45,283 nucleotides of DNA, from positions 1 to 45,283 of the forward strand of contig JALHLN010000001.1 of the NCBI GenBank assembly GCA_022844545.1. Direction: 5' to 3'. Positions within the stretch are counted from its first letter, which is position 1. Every line of letters starts with the position of its first letter. The notes below the pieces were generated by a model. The model ran no database searches. It was not told the origin of the DNA and worked only from the letters and a program-made list of their open reading frames with translations. Both the position numbers and the translations under genes were made by a program. Below, in pieces: positions 29,326 to 41,182 of the stretch. Source of the DNA: Burkholderiales bacterium (GTDB lineage: Bacteria > Pseudomonadota > Gammaproteobacteria > Burkholderiales > SG8-39).

Positions 29326-30587
29326 CCCAGGCTGTCGGCCCAGATCGTCCGGGCCCAGTTCCACGCCATGCTGGCCTCGTCTTCGCTGCGCGCCGCCGAT
29401 ACCCCGCCCGAGCCCTTCACCGGAACCAGCGTGCCCTGCCCGGCGTTCCATTCGTGCACCGAGGAGACGCGGATCGCCTCCTTCTGCGACACGAAGCTGT
29501 AGCAGGTGTTGATGATCTTCGGGTCGGAACCGGCTCCGCGGCCGGTCAGCGCGCCGACGATCGCGGCGGCCGCGATCTTGGCGTGGTTGTTGGCCATGCT
29601 GCCCGACTTGGGCATGCCGGGCGCCGACAGCGTGGCGTCGCCCAGGACGTGGACGCCGGGAACCTTCTTCGATTCCATGCTGCGCCAGTCGACGTCGCAC
29701 CAGCGGTTGTTGTGCGTGATCAGCCCGGCCTTCACGGCGATGTCGCCGGCGCCGTGCGGCGGCACCACGTTGAGCACGTCGCCTCTGACGGTATCGAACT
29801 CGGTGCGCACCGCGCCGCCCTCGATCGCGACCACCTTCGCGTTGCCGCGATACTCCAGGTTGCCGGCGTAGTGGTCCTTCCAGGCTGCCTTGAACAGGCC
29901 GCCCTTGGAGGTGACGTCGGGATTGGCGTCCAGCACCAGCACCTTGGACCGGGGCTTGGCCTGCTTCAGGTAGGCCGCGATCATGCTGGCGCGCTCGTAC
30001 GGTCCCGGCGGGCAGCGATATGGCGCCGCAGGGATGGACAGGATCGCGACGCCGCCGTCGCGCATGCCTTCGAGCTGGCGCCGCAGCTCCACCGTCTGCG
30101 CGCCGGCCTTCCAGGCATGGAGCACCCGGCCCTGCTGCATCGCGGGCTCGTAGCCCTGGATCTCGCCGAAGTTGAAGTCGATGCCGGGGGACACGACCAG
30201 GCGCTCGTAGGTGACGTCGCCGCCCCGTGCCAGGCGCACGGTTTTCTTCGCCGCGTCGATGGCCACCGCCTCGTCCCGCACCACCTGGACGCCGTGCTGG
30301 CGCAGGCCGTCGTAGCCGGTGGTGATGTCCTGCATGCTGCTGTACCCGCCCAGCACGAGGTTCGAGATCGGGCAGGAGACGAAGGCGCTCTCGCGCTCCA
30401 CCAGCACGACGTCGATCGAGGGCGCCCAGAGGCGGATGTACTTGGCGGCGGTGGCGCCGCCGAAGCCGCCGCCGATCACCACCACGCGCGCTTTCGCGGG
30501 AACGGTGCTGGCGCACCCGGCCAGCCCGGAGAGCGTGCCCACGGCGGCGCCGGCGCCGGCCAGCTTGATGAAGTCTCTGCGTTTCAT
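29322..30587 (-). CDS. fccB: Flavocytochrome c sulfide dehydrogenase flavoprotein subunit (FccB/SoxF-like)
   Basis: I trimmed the ORF to the ATG at 30587. [25 protein letters not shown] is a Tat signal. [16 protein letters not shown] is the FAD fold. [12 protein letters not shown] is present. Confidence 0.8.
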   Translation of the reverse strand: MKRRDFIKLAGAGAAVGTLSGLAGCASTVPAKARVVVIGGGFGGATAAKYIRLWAPSIDVVLVERESAFVSCPISNLVLGGYSSMQDITTGYDGLRQHGVQVVRDEAVAIDAAKKTVRLARGGDVTYERLVVSPGIDFNFGEIQGYEPAMQQGRVLHAWKAGAQTVELRRQLEGMRDGGVAILSIPAAPYRCPPGPYERASMIAAYLKQAKPRSKVLVLDANPDVTSKGGLFKAAWKDHYAGNLEYRGNAKVVAIEGGAVRTEFDTVRGDVLNVVPPHGAGDIAVKAGLITHNNRWCDVDWRSMESKKVPGVHVLGDATLSAPGMPKSGSMANNHAKIAAAAIVGALTGRGAGSDPKIINTCYSFVSQKEAIRVSSVHEWNAGQGTLVPVKGSGGVSAARSEDEASMAWNWARTIWADSLG

Positions 30588-30595
30588 GGCGGCCC

Positions 30596-30895
30596 CTAGC
30601 GTTTCTGCGCCGCGTACCACGCGGCCATGGCGTTGATCTCGGCGTCCGTATAGCCCTTCGCGATCTGGTGCATCACGGTCGCCGGGCGTTTGCCGTCGCG
30701 GAAGGCGCGCATCTGGGTGGCGATGTGGTCGCTCGGCAACCCCGCGAGCGGGATCAGCGGGCTCTTCCCCGGAACGACGCGTCCTTCGGTACCGTGGCAG
30801 ATGGCGCAGCCTGACGCGAGATTGCGTCCCTGCACGTCCTGCGCAATGGCGGGCGCTGCGGCGAGCGCGAGCGCGGCGATGAAAACGGCTCTCAT
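30596..30895 (-). CDS. fccA: Monohaem c-type cytochrome (FccA/SoxE-like partner)
   Basis: 99 aa with a signal peptide and a single CAICHG haem-binding site. It lies 8 nt upstream of fccB. Confidence 0.7.
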   Translation of the reverse strand: MRAVFIAALALAAAPAIAQDVQGRNLASGCAICHGTEGRVVPGKSPLIPLAGLPSDHIATQMRAFRDGKRPATVMHQIAKGYTDAEINAMAAWYAAQKR

Positions 30896-31000
30896 TGGGT
30901 TCTCCCTCCCGCTGATGAATGCGTTGAAGTCTCCGCGCAGCGAGCGCGGACTGTCAAGCGAACGCCACTCGCCGCCTTACGCGGGGCGCCCGCCGCCGGA

Positions 31001-33286
<2,286 letters not shown>

Positions 33287-33299
33287 ATTCGGACCCCTT

Positions 33300-33608
33300 T
33301 CAGGTCTCCTCCATCACGCATTGCAGCGGATGCTGGTGCTTGCGCGCAAAGCCCGCCACCTGCTGCACCTTGGTGGAGGCGACGTCGCGCGGGAACACGC
33401 CGCACACCCCGATGCCTTCGCGGTGCACCTTGAGCATCACCTGGGTTGCGCGCTCGCGGTTCATGGCGAAGAACTTCTGCAGCACCAGGACGACGAATTC
33501 CATCGGCGTGAAATCGTCGTTGAGCAGCATGACCTTGTACATCGGCGGCGGCTTGAGCTTCGCCTTCTTCGCCTCGAGTACCGCATCGTCCTTGTGCTGC
33601 ATCGGCAC
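33300..33608 (-). CDS. clpS: ClpS adaptor protein
   Basis: [27 protein letters not shown] is present. It lies 13 nt upstream of clpA. Confidence 0.95.
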   Translation of the reverse strand: MPMQHKDDAVLEAKKAKLKPPPMYKVMLLNDDFTPMEFVVLVLQKFFAMNRERATQVMLKVHREGIGVCGVFPRDVASTKVQQVAGFARKHQHPLQCVMEET

Positions 33609-33700
33609 ACCGTGTTCAGTTCCGTACGCTCCATCGTCGCCCGGTCTGTCTGTATCCTAATCAATGCCATGGTAGAGCGCAAACCCTGACGCGGCGCCTC

Positions 33701-33729
33701 TTGACGACGCCGAGGAAGGCGGGTAAAAG
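33701..33729 (+). promoter_or_regulatory. Candidate sigma70 promoter of the cold-shock gene
   Basis: TTGACG, a 17-nt spacer, then TAAAAG. It lies about 45 nt upstream of the csp ATG. Confidence 0.4.
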
Positions 33730-33772
33730 CCGCCCAATAACCTTACTGCGCGCATACGTGAAGGGAACGCAG

Positions 33773-33976
33773 ATGCCGACCGGCTCCGTGAAATGGTTCA
33801 ACGATGCGAAGGGCTACGGTTTCATCACGCCGGACGACGGCAGCGAAGACCTGTTCGCCCACTTCTCGGCCATCAACATGCAGGGCTTCAAGTCCCTCAA
33901 GGAGGGCCAGAAAGTCAGCTTCGATGTCGTGCAGGGCCCCAAGGGCAAGCAGGCGTCGAACATCCAGAAAAGCTAG
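33773..33976 (+). CDS. Cold-shock domain protein (CspA/CspD family)
   Basis: I trimmed the ORF to the ATG at 33773. [32 protein letters not shown] carries the RNP1/RNP2 motifs. The product is 67 aa. It is divergent from clpS-clpA, as cspD is in E. coli. Confidence 0.9.
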   Translation: MPTGSVKWFNDAKGYGFITPDDGSEDLFAHFSAINMQGFKSLKEGQKVSFDVVQGPKGKQASNIQKS

Positions 33977-33994
33977 CCCGCCGGTACGGTCGCG

Positions 33995-34021
33995 AAAAAG
34001 GCTGCCCCAGGCGGCCTTTTT
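33995..34021. terminator. Bidirectional terminator between csp and icd
   Basis: AAAAAGGCTGCC-cca-GGCGGCCTTTTT, with one G-U pair in the stem. Confidence 0.65.
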
Positions 34022-34051
34022 CGGGCGCCATTCCTTCTCCGCGGCAGGCGC

Positions 34052-36289
<2,238 letters not shown>

Positions 36290-36506
36290 GGACGGTTGCC
36301 TTTGCGCAGGATGGGCCACAGGGAGCCGGCAATTTTACTTGCACGCGCTGCGAGCGGCGCGCTGGCGCCGCGACCTGCAATGGCGCGGGAGCGGAACTGC
36401 CGGGCCACTTGGTCGCTCGACCGAGTCGCGCCGCCGTCGGCAACGCGATGGTCACGGACAGGAACGCGGAGACCAGCGATCTCCATGAAAACAATGGCTT
36501 ACGCGG

Positions 36507-36535
36507 TTGTGCTGAAAACCCCTTTTCTTTACAAT
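36507..36535 (+). promoter_or_regulatory. Candidate sigma70 promoter for the small secreted-peptide gene
   Basis: TTGTGC, a 17-nt spacer, then TACAAT. It would give a leader of about 140 nt. Confidence 0.35.
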
Positions 36536-36684
36536 AGGTTGCGTGAGGCAACTCACAGGGAGGCAAGACGGGCCTGCCCGTATCGACCAGTCAACCGCCC
36601 GGCCACCCGTGCGTTGGGAGGCTTGGGGAGGGCGGCCGGATCGGTGCGCAACCCCGTACACAACTAAAACTCAGGAGAAGTGAA

Positions 36685-36825
36685 ATGACGAAGTTTCTCG
36701 CCATGATCCTCACCGCGATGTTCGCTGTCGCCAGCGTCAACGCGGTTGCCCAGGACAAGAAGAAGGACGACAAGGCCAAGTCCGAGAAGAAGGCCGACAA
36801 GAAGAAGGACGAGAAGAAGAAGTAA
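36685..36825 (+). CDS. 46-aa secreted Lys/Asp/Glu-rich micro-protein (hypothetical)
   Basis: It is absent from the ORF track because it is too short. The product is [20 protein letters not shown]|[31 protein letters not shown] lies 8 nt upstream of the ATG. Codon third positions are G/C throughout (AAG/GAC/GAG), matching the host bias. A strong terminator follows. Confidence 0.6.
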   Translation: MTKFLAMILTAMFAVASVNAVAQDKKKDDKAKSEKKADKKKDEKKK

Positions 36826-36845
36826 TTCTTCTCCATCGGAATCGG

Positions 36846-36878
36846 AAAAGGCAGGGCTCGTCCCTGCCTTTTTCTTTT
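36846..36878 (+). terminator. Rho-independent terminator
   Basis: AAAAGGCAGGG-ctcgt-CCCTGCCTTTTTCTTTT. Confidence 0.8.
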
Positions 36879-36893
36879 GTACCATTCGAAGCC

Positions 36894-37322
36894 ATGCGCA
36901 CCGCCGTCCTCGCCGCAGCCCTGTTCCTAGCCGCCCCCGCGCTCGCCGAGTTGCCCGTGGTCGAGCTGGGCGCGGGCCTGCACGTGATCCGCGCCGAGGT
37001 GGCCGCCGACATGGCCTCGCGCGCGCAGGGCCTGATGCACCGCAAGTCCCTGCCGGCGAACGGCGGCATGGTGTTCGTGTTCGGCGAGGACGCCATCCAC
37101 TGCATGTGGATGAAGAACACGCTGATCCCGCTGGCGGTGGCCTTCATCGACCGCGCGGGGACGATCGTCAGCATCTCCGAGATGCAGCCGCACAGCGAGC
37201 AGACGCACTGCGCGGCGAAGCCGGCGCGCTACGCGCTGGAGATGAACAAGGGCTGGTTCGCCCAGAAGGGCATCAGGCCGGGAGCGAAGCTCCGCGGCCT
37301 GGACAAGCTGGCGCCGCGCTAG
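36894..37322 (+). CDS. DUF192 (COG1430) secreted protein
   Basis: 142 aa with a signal peptide (MRTAVLAAALFLAAPALA). GGMVFVF...MWMKNTLIPLAVAFID is typical of DUF192. Confidence 0.7.
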   Translation: MRTAVLAAALFLAAPALAELPVVELGAGLHVIRAEVAADMASRAQGLMHRKSLPANGGMVFVFGEDAIHCMWMKNTLIPLAVAFIDRAGTIVSISEMQPHSEQTHCAAKPARYALEMNKGWFAQKGIRPGAKLRGLDKLAPR

Positions 37323-37334
37323 CGGCGCCGGTTC

Positions 37335-37919
37335 CTAGAGCCCGGCGTTCTGCTGCGCCACCATGCAGTAGAGCATCGGGATCGAGAGCATGGTGTTGAA
37401 GCGCGAGGTCAGCATCGCCATGCGCGCCGCGGCCGCCTTCTCCGCCGCCTCCACCGTCACGATGCCCAGGGCCTTCTTCTGGTTCGGCCAGATGATGAAC
37501 CAGACGTTGAACCACATCACGATCGCGAGCCACATGCCGATGCCGATGGCGATGAACGGCGCCTGCAGCGCGAGCGCCTTGCCGATGTAGCCGTTCATGC
37601 CTGCGAGGAGCACACCGGTCACCAGCGTCGCCATCGCCGCCCAGCGGAACCAGAACAGCGCCTCGGGCGCGATCACCTTGGAGATGGCCGGCTTGTGTTC
37701 GTCCGGGATCTTCGGCATGGACGGGATCTGCACGAAGTTGAAGTACCACAGCAGGCCGATCCACAGCACGCCCGAGAGCACGTGCAGCCAGCGCATGAAG
37801 AAGGTCCAGAAGCTCATCTCGCCCAGCTTGCCGAAGGTGCCGGCGATGCCCATCATGACCGCGACGATGACCACGCCGGCGAGAACGGTGCGGCCGAGTG
37901 ATTGGAAAATTGCGCCCAT
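37335..37919 (-). CDS. Integral membrane protein, HemJ/PuuD-N-terminal-like (COG3748-type)
   Basis: 194 aa with about 5 TM segments. MRWLHVLSGVLWIGLLWYFNFVQ resembles the conserved helix of the urate-hydroxylase PuuD/HemJ superfamily. The family call is from memory. Confidence 0.4.
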   Translation of the reverse strand: MGAIFQSLGRTVLAGVVIVAVMMGIAGTFGKLGEMSFWTFFMRWLHVLSGVLWIGLLWYFNFVQIPSMPKIPDEHKPAISKVIAPEALFWFRWAAMATLVTGVLLAGMNGYIGKALALQAPFIAIGIGMWLAIVMWFNVWFIIWPNQKKALGIVTVEAAEKAAAARMAMLTSRFNTMLSIPMLYCMVAQQNAGL

Positions 37920-37967
37920 GAGTGCCTCCTTAGCCTTGTTCTGTTCGGGACTTGTGAAAAAAGTTTA

Positions 37968-39041
37968 TCACGTCTCCCGCAGCAGCCGGGGCGCGCCGCC
38001 CCGGGCGAGGTCGCGCTCGAGGCCCTGGCTGTAGAGCGACATCGCCCAGCAGAACAGGAAGTACACGGCGGCGGCGAACAGGTAGGCCTCGACGCCGAAG
38101 CCGGTCCAGGCGGGCTCCTGCAAAGAAACCTTGAGCGAAGTAAGGAGATCGAACAGGCCGATGATCACCACGAGCGAGGTGTCCTTGAACAGGCCGATGA
38201 AGGTGTTCACCAGCGGCGGGATGGCAAAGCGCAGCGCCTGCGGCAGGATCACGAACAGCGTTCGCTTCCAGTAGCCCAGGCCGAGCGCCTCGGCGGCCTG
38301 GTACTGGTGGTGGGAAACCGCCTGCAGCCCGCCGCGGATCACCTCGGCGAGGTAGGCCGCTGCGAACAGGATGAGCGCGATCTGTGCCCGCAGCAGCTTG
38401 TCGATGGTGAGCCCCTCGGGCAGGAACAGGGGCAGCATCACCGAGGCCATGAACAGCAGCGAGATCAGCGGCACGCCGCGCACCAGCTCGATGTAGCCGA
38501 CGCAGACGGCGCGCACCGCCGGCAGCTGCGAGCGGCGCCCGAGCGCGAGCAGGATGGCGAGCGGGAAGGCGAAGGCGCAGCCGAAGGTGGCGAGCAGCAG
38601 GGTCAGGATCAGTCCGCCCCAGCGCTCGTTCTCGACATAGGTTAGCCCGAGCACGCCGCCCCACATCAGCGTCGCGATGAGGGCGAGGCCGGCAACCCAG
38701 ACCAGCGAGAGCCACCAGCGCCAGAACGCGCGCAGCGCGCTCACGCACCAGAGCGCGATCAGCAGCGCCGAGGCGACGCCCGGCCGCCAGTGCTGTTCGT
38801 ACGGGTAGGTGCCGAAGATGATGAAGCGGTGCTTCTCGGCGATGAAGGCCCAGCAGGCGCCCGCCCCCTGCAGGTCGCGGCACGCCTTGGAATCCTGCGC
38901 CCACCAGATCGCCTTGACGAACGCCCAGTCCAGGAACGGCAGCAGCAGCGCCCAGGCAAGGTACAGGATCGCGAGCGTGGCGACTCCGCTCGCCCAGCTG
39001 GAGAACAGGTTGCGGCGCAGCCAGGAAACCGCGGTGCTCAC
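37968..39041 (-). CDS. aapM: General L-amino-acid ABC transporter permease (AapM-like)
   Basis: 357 aa. ELVRGVPLISLLFM and the EAA-type loop AAEALGLGYWKRTLFVILPQAL are present. Confidence 0.75.
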   Translation of the reverse strand: MSTAVSWLRRNLFSSWASGVATLAILYLAWALLLPFLDWAFVKAIWWAQDSKACRDLQGAGACWAFIAEKHRFIIFGTYPYEQHWRPGVASALLIALWCVSALRAFWRWWLSLVWVAGLALIATLMWGGVLGLTYVENERWGGLILTLLLATFGCAFAFPLAILLALGRRSQLPAVRAVCVGYIELVRGVPLISLLFMASVMLPLFLPEGLTIDKLLRAQIALILFAAAYLAEVIRGGLQAVSHHQYQAAEALGLGYWKRTLFVILPQALRFAIPPLVNTFIGLFKDTSLVVIIGLFDLLTSLKVSLQEPAWTGFGVEAYLFAAAVYFLFCWAMSLYSQGLERDLARGGAPRLLRET

Positions 39042-39982
39042 CTGTGCAGGCCCTTCAGCGCCACGCTGCGGTTGTACCAGTTCATGAACGCGGAGATGGA
39101 CAGGCTGATCGTCAGGTAGACCGCCATGATGATGGCGATGCCCTCGATCGCCTGGCCGGTCTGGTTCATGGTGGTGTTGGCGATCGAGACCAGGTCCGGG
39201 TAGCCGATCGCCACCGCGAGCGAACTGTTCTTGGTGAGGTTGAGGAACTGGCTGGTGAGCGGCGGCACGATCATGCGCAGCGCCTGCGGCAGGATCACCT
39301 GGCGCATGGCGTCGCGGCGGCCGAGGCCCAGCGACTCCGCGGCCTCGAACTGGCCGCGCGGCACCGACAGGATGCCGGCGCGCACGATCTCGGCGATGAA
39401 CGCGGCGGTGTAGGTCACCAGGCCCACCAGCAGCGCGGCGAACTCCGGGCTGAGCGAGGCGCCGCCGGTGAAGTTGAATCCGGACAGCTCCGGCGTGCTG
39501 CCCGGCAGCGGGAAGGCGATGCCGCGGTTGGAGAGGAACACCCCGGGGAGCGGGTTGAGCGCGTCGCGCGGCCCGGGCAGGACCTCCGAGATGATCGCGT
39601 ACCAGAAGAACAGCTGCACCAGCAGCGGGACGTTGCGCATCACCTCGACATAGGCGGAGGCGAGCTTCGCCAGCAGCCAGTTCGGCGCCAGGCGCGCGAG
39701 CCCCAGCAGCGTGCCCAGCACGGTGGCGAGGACGATGCCGATCGCGGCGACGCGGAAGGTGTTGGCGAGGCCGACCGCCAGCGCGCGCAGATAGCTGTCG
39801 GCTGCGCTATAGGCGAACAGGGTCCTTTCGCCGATCTCGAATCCGGCCTCGCGCCAGAGGAACGCGAAGCCGCTCGCGATCCGGCGCGATTCCAGGTTCT
39901 GCGCGGTGTTCCAGGCGAGGAAACCGACCACCGCCGCCAGCGCCGCGACCAGCGCGGCCTGGAGGATCAGCCCGCGTCGCAC
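39038..39982 (-). CDS. aapQ: General L-amino-acid ABC transporter permease (AapQ-like)
   Basis: 314 aa. EVMRNVPLLVQLFFWY and AAESLGLGRRDAMRQVILPQAL are present. It starts at a GTG, and its stop overlaps the aapM start by 4 nt. Confidence 0.75.
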   Translation of the reverse strand: MRRGLILQAALVAALAAVVGFLAWNTAQNLESRRIASGFAFLWREAGFEIGERTLFAYSAADSYLRALAVGLANTFRVAAIGIVLATVLGTLLGLARLAPNWLLAKLASAYVEVMRNVPLLVQLFFWYAIISEVLPGPRDALNPLPGVFLSNRGIAFPLPGSTPELSGFNFTGGASLSPEFAALLVGLVTYTAAFIAEIVRAGILSVPRGQFEAAESLGLGRRDAMRQVILPQALRMIVPPLTSQFLNLTKNSSLAVAIGYPDLVSIANTTMNQTGQAIEGIAIIMAVYLTISLSISAFMNWYNRSVALKGLHR

Positions 39983-40010
39983 CGTCTAGGCCGGACGCAA
40001 GGCGCCGGCG

Positions 40011-41018
40011 CTAGCGCAGCGGCGGCGCGTACAGGATGCCGCCCTTGGTCCAGAGCTGGTTCAGGCCGCGCTCGAAGCCCAGCGGCTTGAGGTTGGCCTC
40101 GAAGCTCTCGCCGTAGTTGCCGACCTGCTTGACGATGTTGGCCGCCCACTTGTTGTCGACGCCCAGCATCTTGCCGATGTCGCCGCTGGCGCCGATGAAG
40201 CGCTGCACCGCCGGGTCCTTGCTCGAGCCCGCCTGGTCGATGGTCTTCGAGGTGAGGCCCATCTCCTCGGCCTCGATCATGGCGTACATGGACCACTTGA
40301 CGATGTCGAACCACTTGTCGTCGCCGTGGCGCACCGCCGGCCCGAGCGGCTCCTTGGAAATCACCTCGGGCAGGATGACGTGCTCGTCCGGTTTCGGCGC
40401 GCGCGAGCCGCGCACCGACACCAGGCCGGAGACGTCGGTGGTGAAGACGTCGCAGCGGCCGGAGAAGTAGGCGTTGGTCACCTCCTCCAGCTTCTCGATC
40501 ACCACCGGCTTGAAGGTCATGCGGTTGGCGCGGAAGTAGTCCGAGAGGTTGAGCTCGGTGGTGGTGCCGGGCTGCACGCAGACCGTGGCACCGTTCAGCT
40601 GCTTGGCGCTCTTGACGTTGAGCTTCCTCGGCACCATGAAGCCCTGGCCGTCGTAGAAGTTCACGCCGACGAAGTTCAGGCCCAGGCTGGTGTCGCGGGT
40701 GACCGTCCAGGTGGTGTTGCGCGCGAGGACGTCCACCTCGCCCGACTGCAGCGCGGTGAAGCGCTGCTGCGCGGTGAGCGGCGTGTAGCGCACCTTGTTG
40801 GCGTCCCCGAACACCGCCGCCGCGATCGCGCGGCACACATCGACGTCGAGACCCTTCCAGACGCCCTTGGAGTCCGGCTGGGAGAACCCGGCCAGGCCGG
40901 TGTTGACGCCGCACTGCACGAAGCCCTTCTTCTGCACCGCTTCGAGCGTGCCCTGGGCAAAGGCTACGCCGGAGCACAACAGCGCCGCGCCGGCGGCCAG
41001 CGGAATCAGTTGTTTCAT
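40011..41018 (-). CDS. aapJ: General L-amino-acid ABC transporter substrate-binding protein (AapJ-like)
   Basis: I trimmed the ORF to the ATG at 41018, which has GAGGAGGAGG upstream. MKQLIPLAAGAALLCSGVAFAQGTLEAVQKKGFVQCGV is present. Confidence 0.8.
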   Translation of the reverse strand: MKQLIPLAAGAALLCSGVAFAQGTLEAVQKKGFVQCGVNTGLAGFSQPDSKGVWKGLDVDVCRAIAAAVFGDANKVRYTPLTAQQRFTALQSGEVDVLARNTTWTVTRDTSLGLNFVGVNFYDGQGFMVPRKLNVKSAKQLNGATVCVQPGTTTELNLSDYFRANRMTFKPVVIEKLEEVTNAYFSGRCDVFTTDVSGLVSVRGSRAPKPDEHVILPEVISKEPLGPAVRHGDDKWFDIVKWSMYAMIEAEEMGLTSKTIDQAGSSKDPAVQRFIGASGDIGKMLGVDNKWAANIVKQVGNYGESFEANLKPLGFERGLNQLWTKGGILYAPPLR

Positions 41019-41182
41019 GGTCCTCCTCCTCGTTCCTGATGGATAGGGGTCAGTGTAGTCCGGCGCCCGTGCCGCGGGCAAGTCATTGTGGTGCCCCTGG
41101 CCCGTTCCAAGCGGGCAGCAGCGGGAAAGCGGCGCGACCGAACGCCGGGCCGCGGGACCCGCGCCGGGAGCGCCGCGCCGGC

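Noticed and set aside
30896-31000. A consensus TTGACA and a 7-bp hairpin (TCCGCGC-tcgct-GCGCGGA) on the minus strand between clpA and fccA.
   Set aside because: No acceptable -10 hexamer lies 16-18 nt downstream of the TTGACA. The hairpin has no T-tract. I could not call either a promoter or a terminator with confidence.
36591-36885. Two minus-strand ORFs (81 aa and 73 aa) rich in Phe/Leu/Ser runs.
   Set aside because: They are reverse-complement images of the AAG/GAC repeats of the plus-strand micro-ORF. Only the plus-strand frame has an RBS, a signal peptide, host-like codon bias and a terminator.
41019-41182. A sigma54-like GGCAC...TTGC element and a 23-codon upstream ORF (MTCPRHGRRTTLTPIHQERGGGP*) whose TGA overlaps the aapJ ATG.
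   Set aside because: The spacing between GGCAC and TTGC is 9 nt, whereas a sigma54 promoter requires about 5 nt. The uORF has no RBS and an unremarkable sequence. Evidence is insufficient for either.
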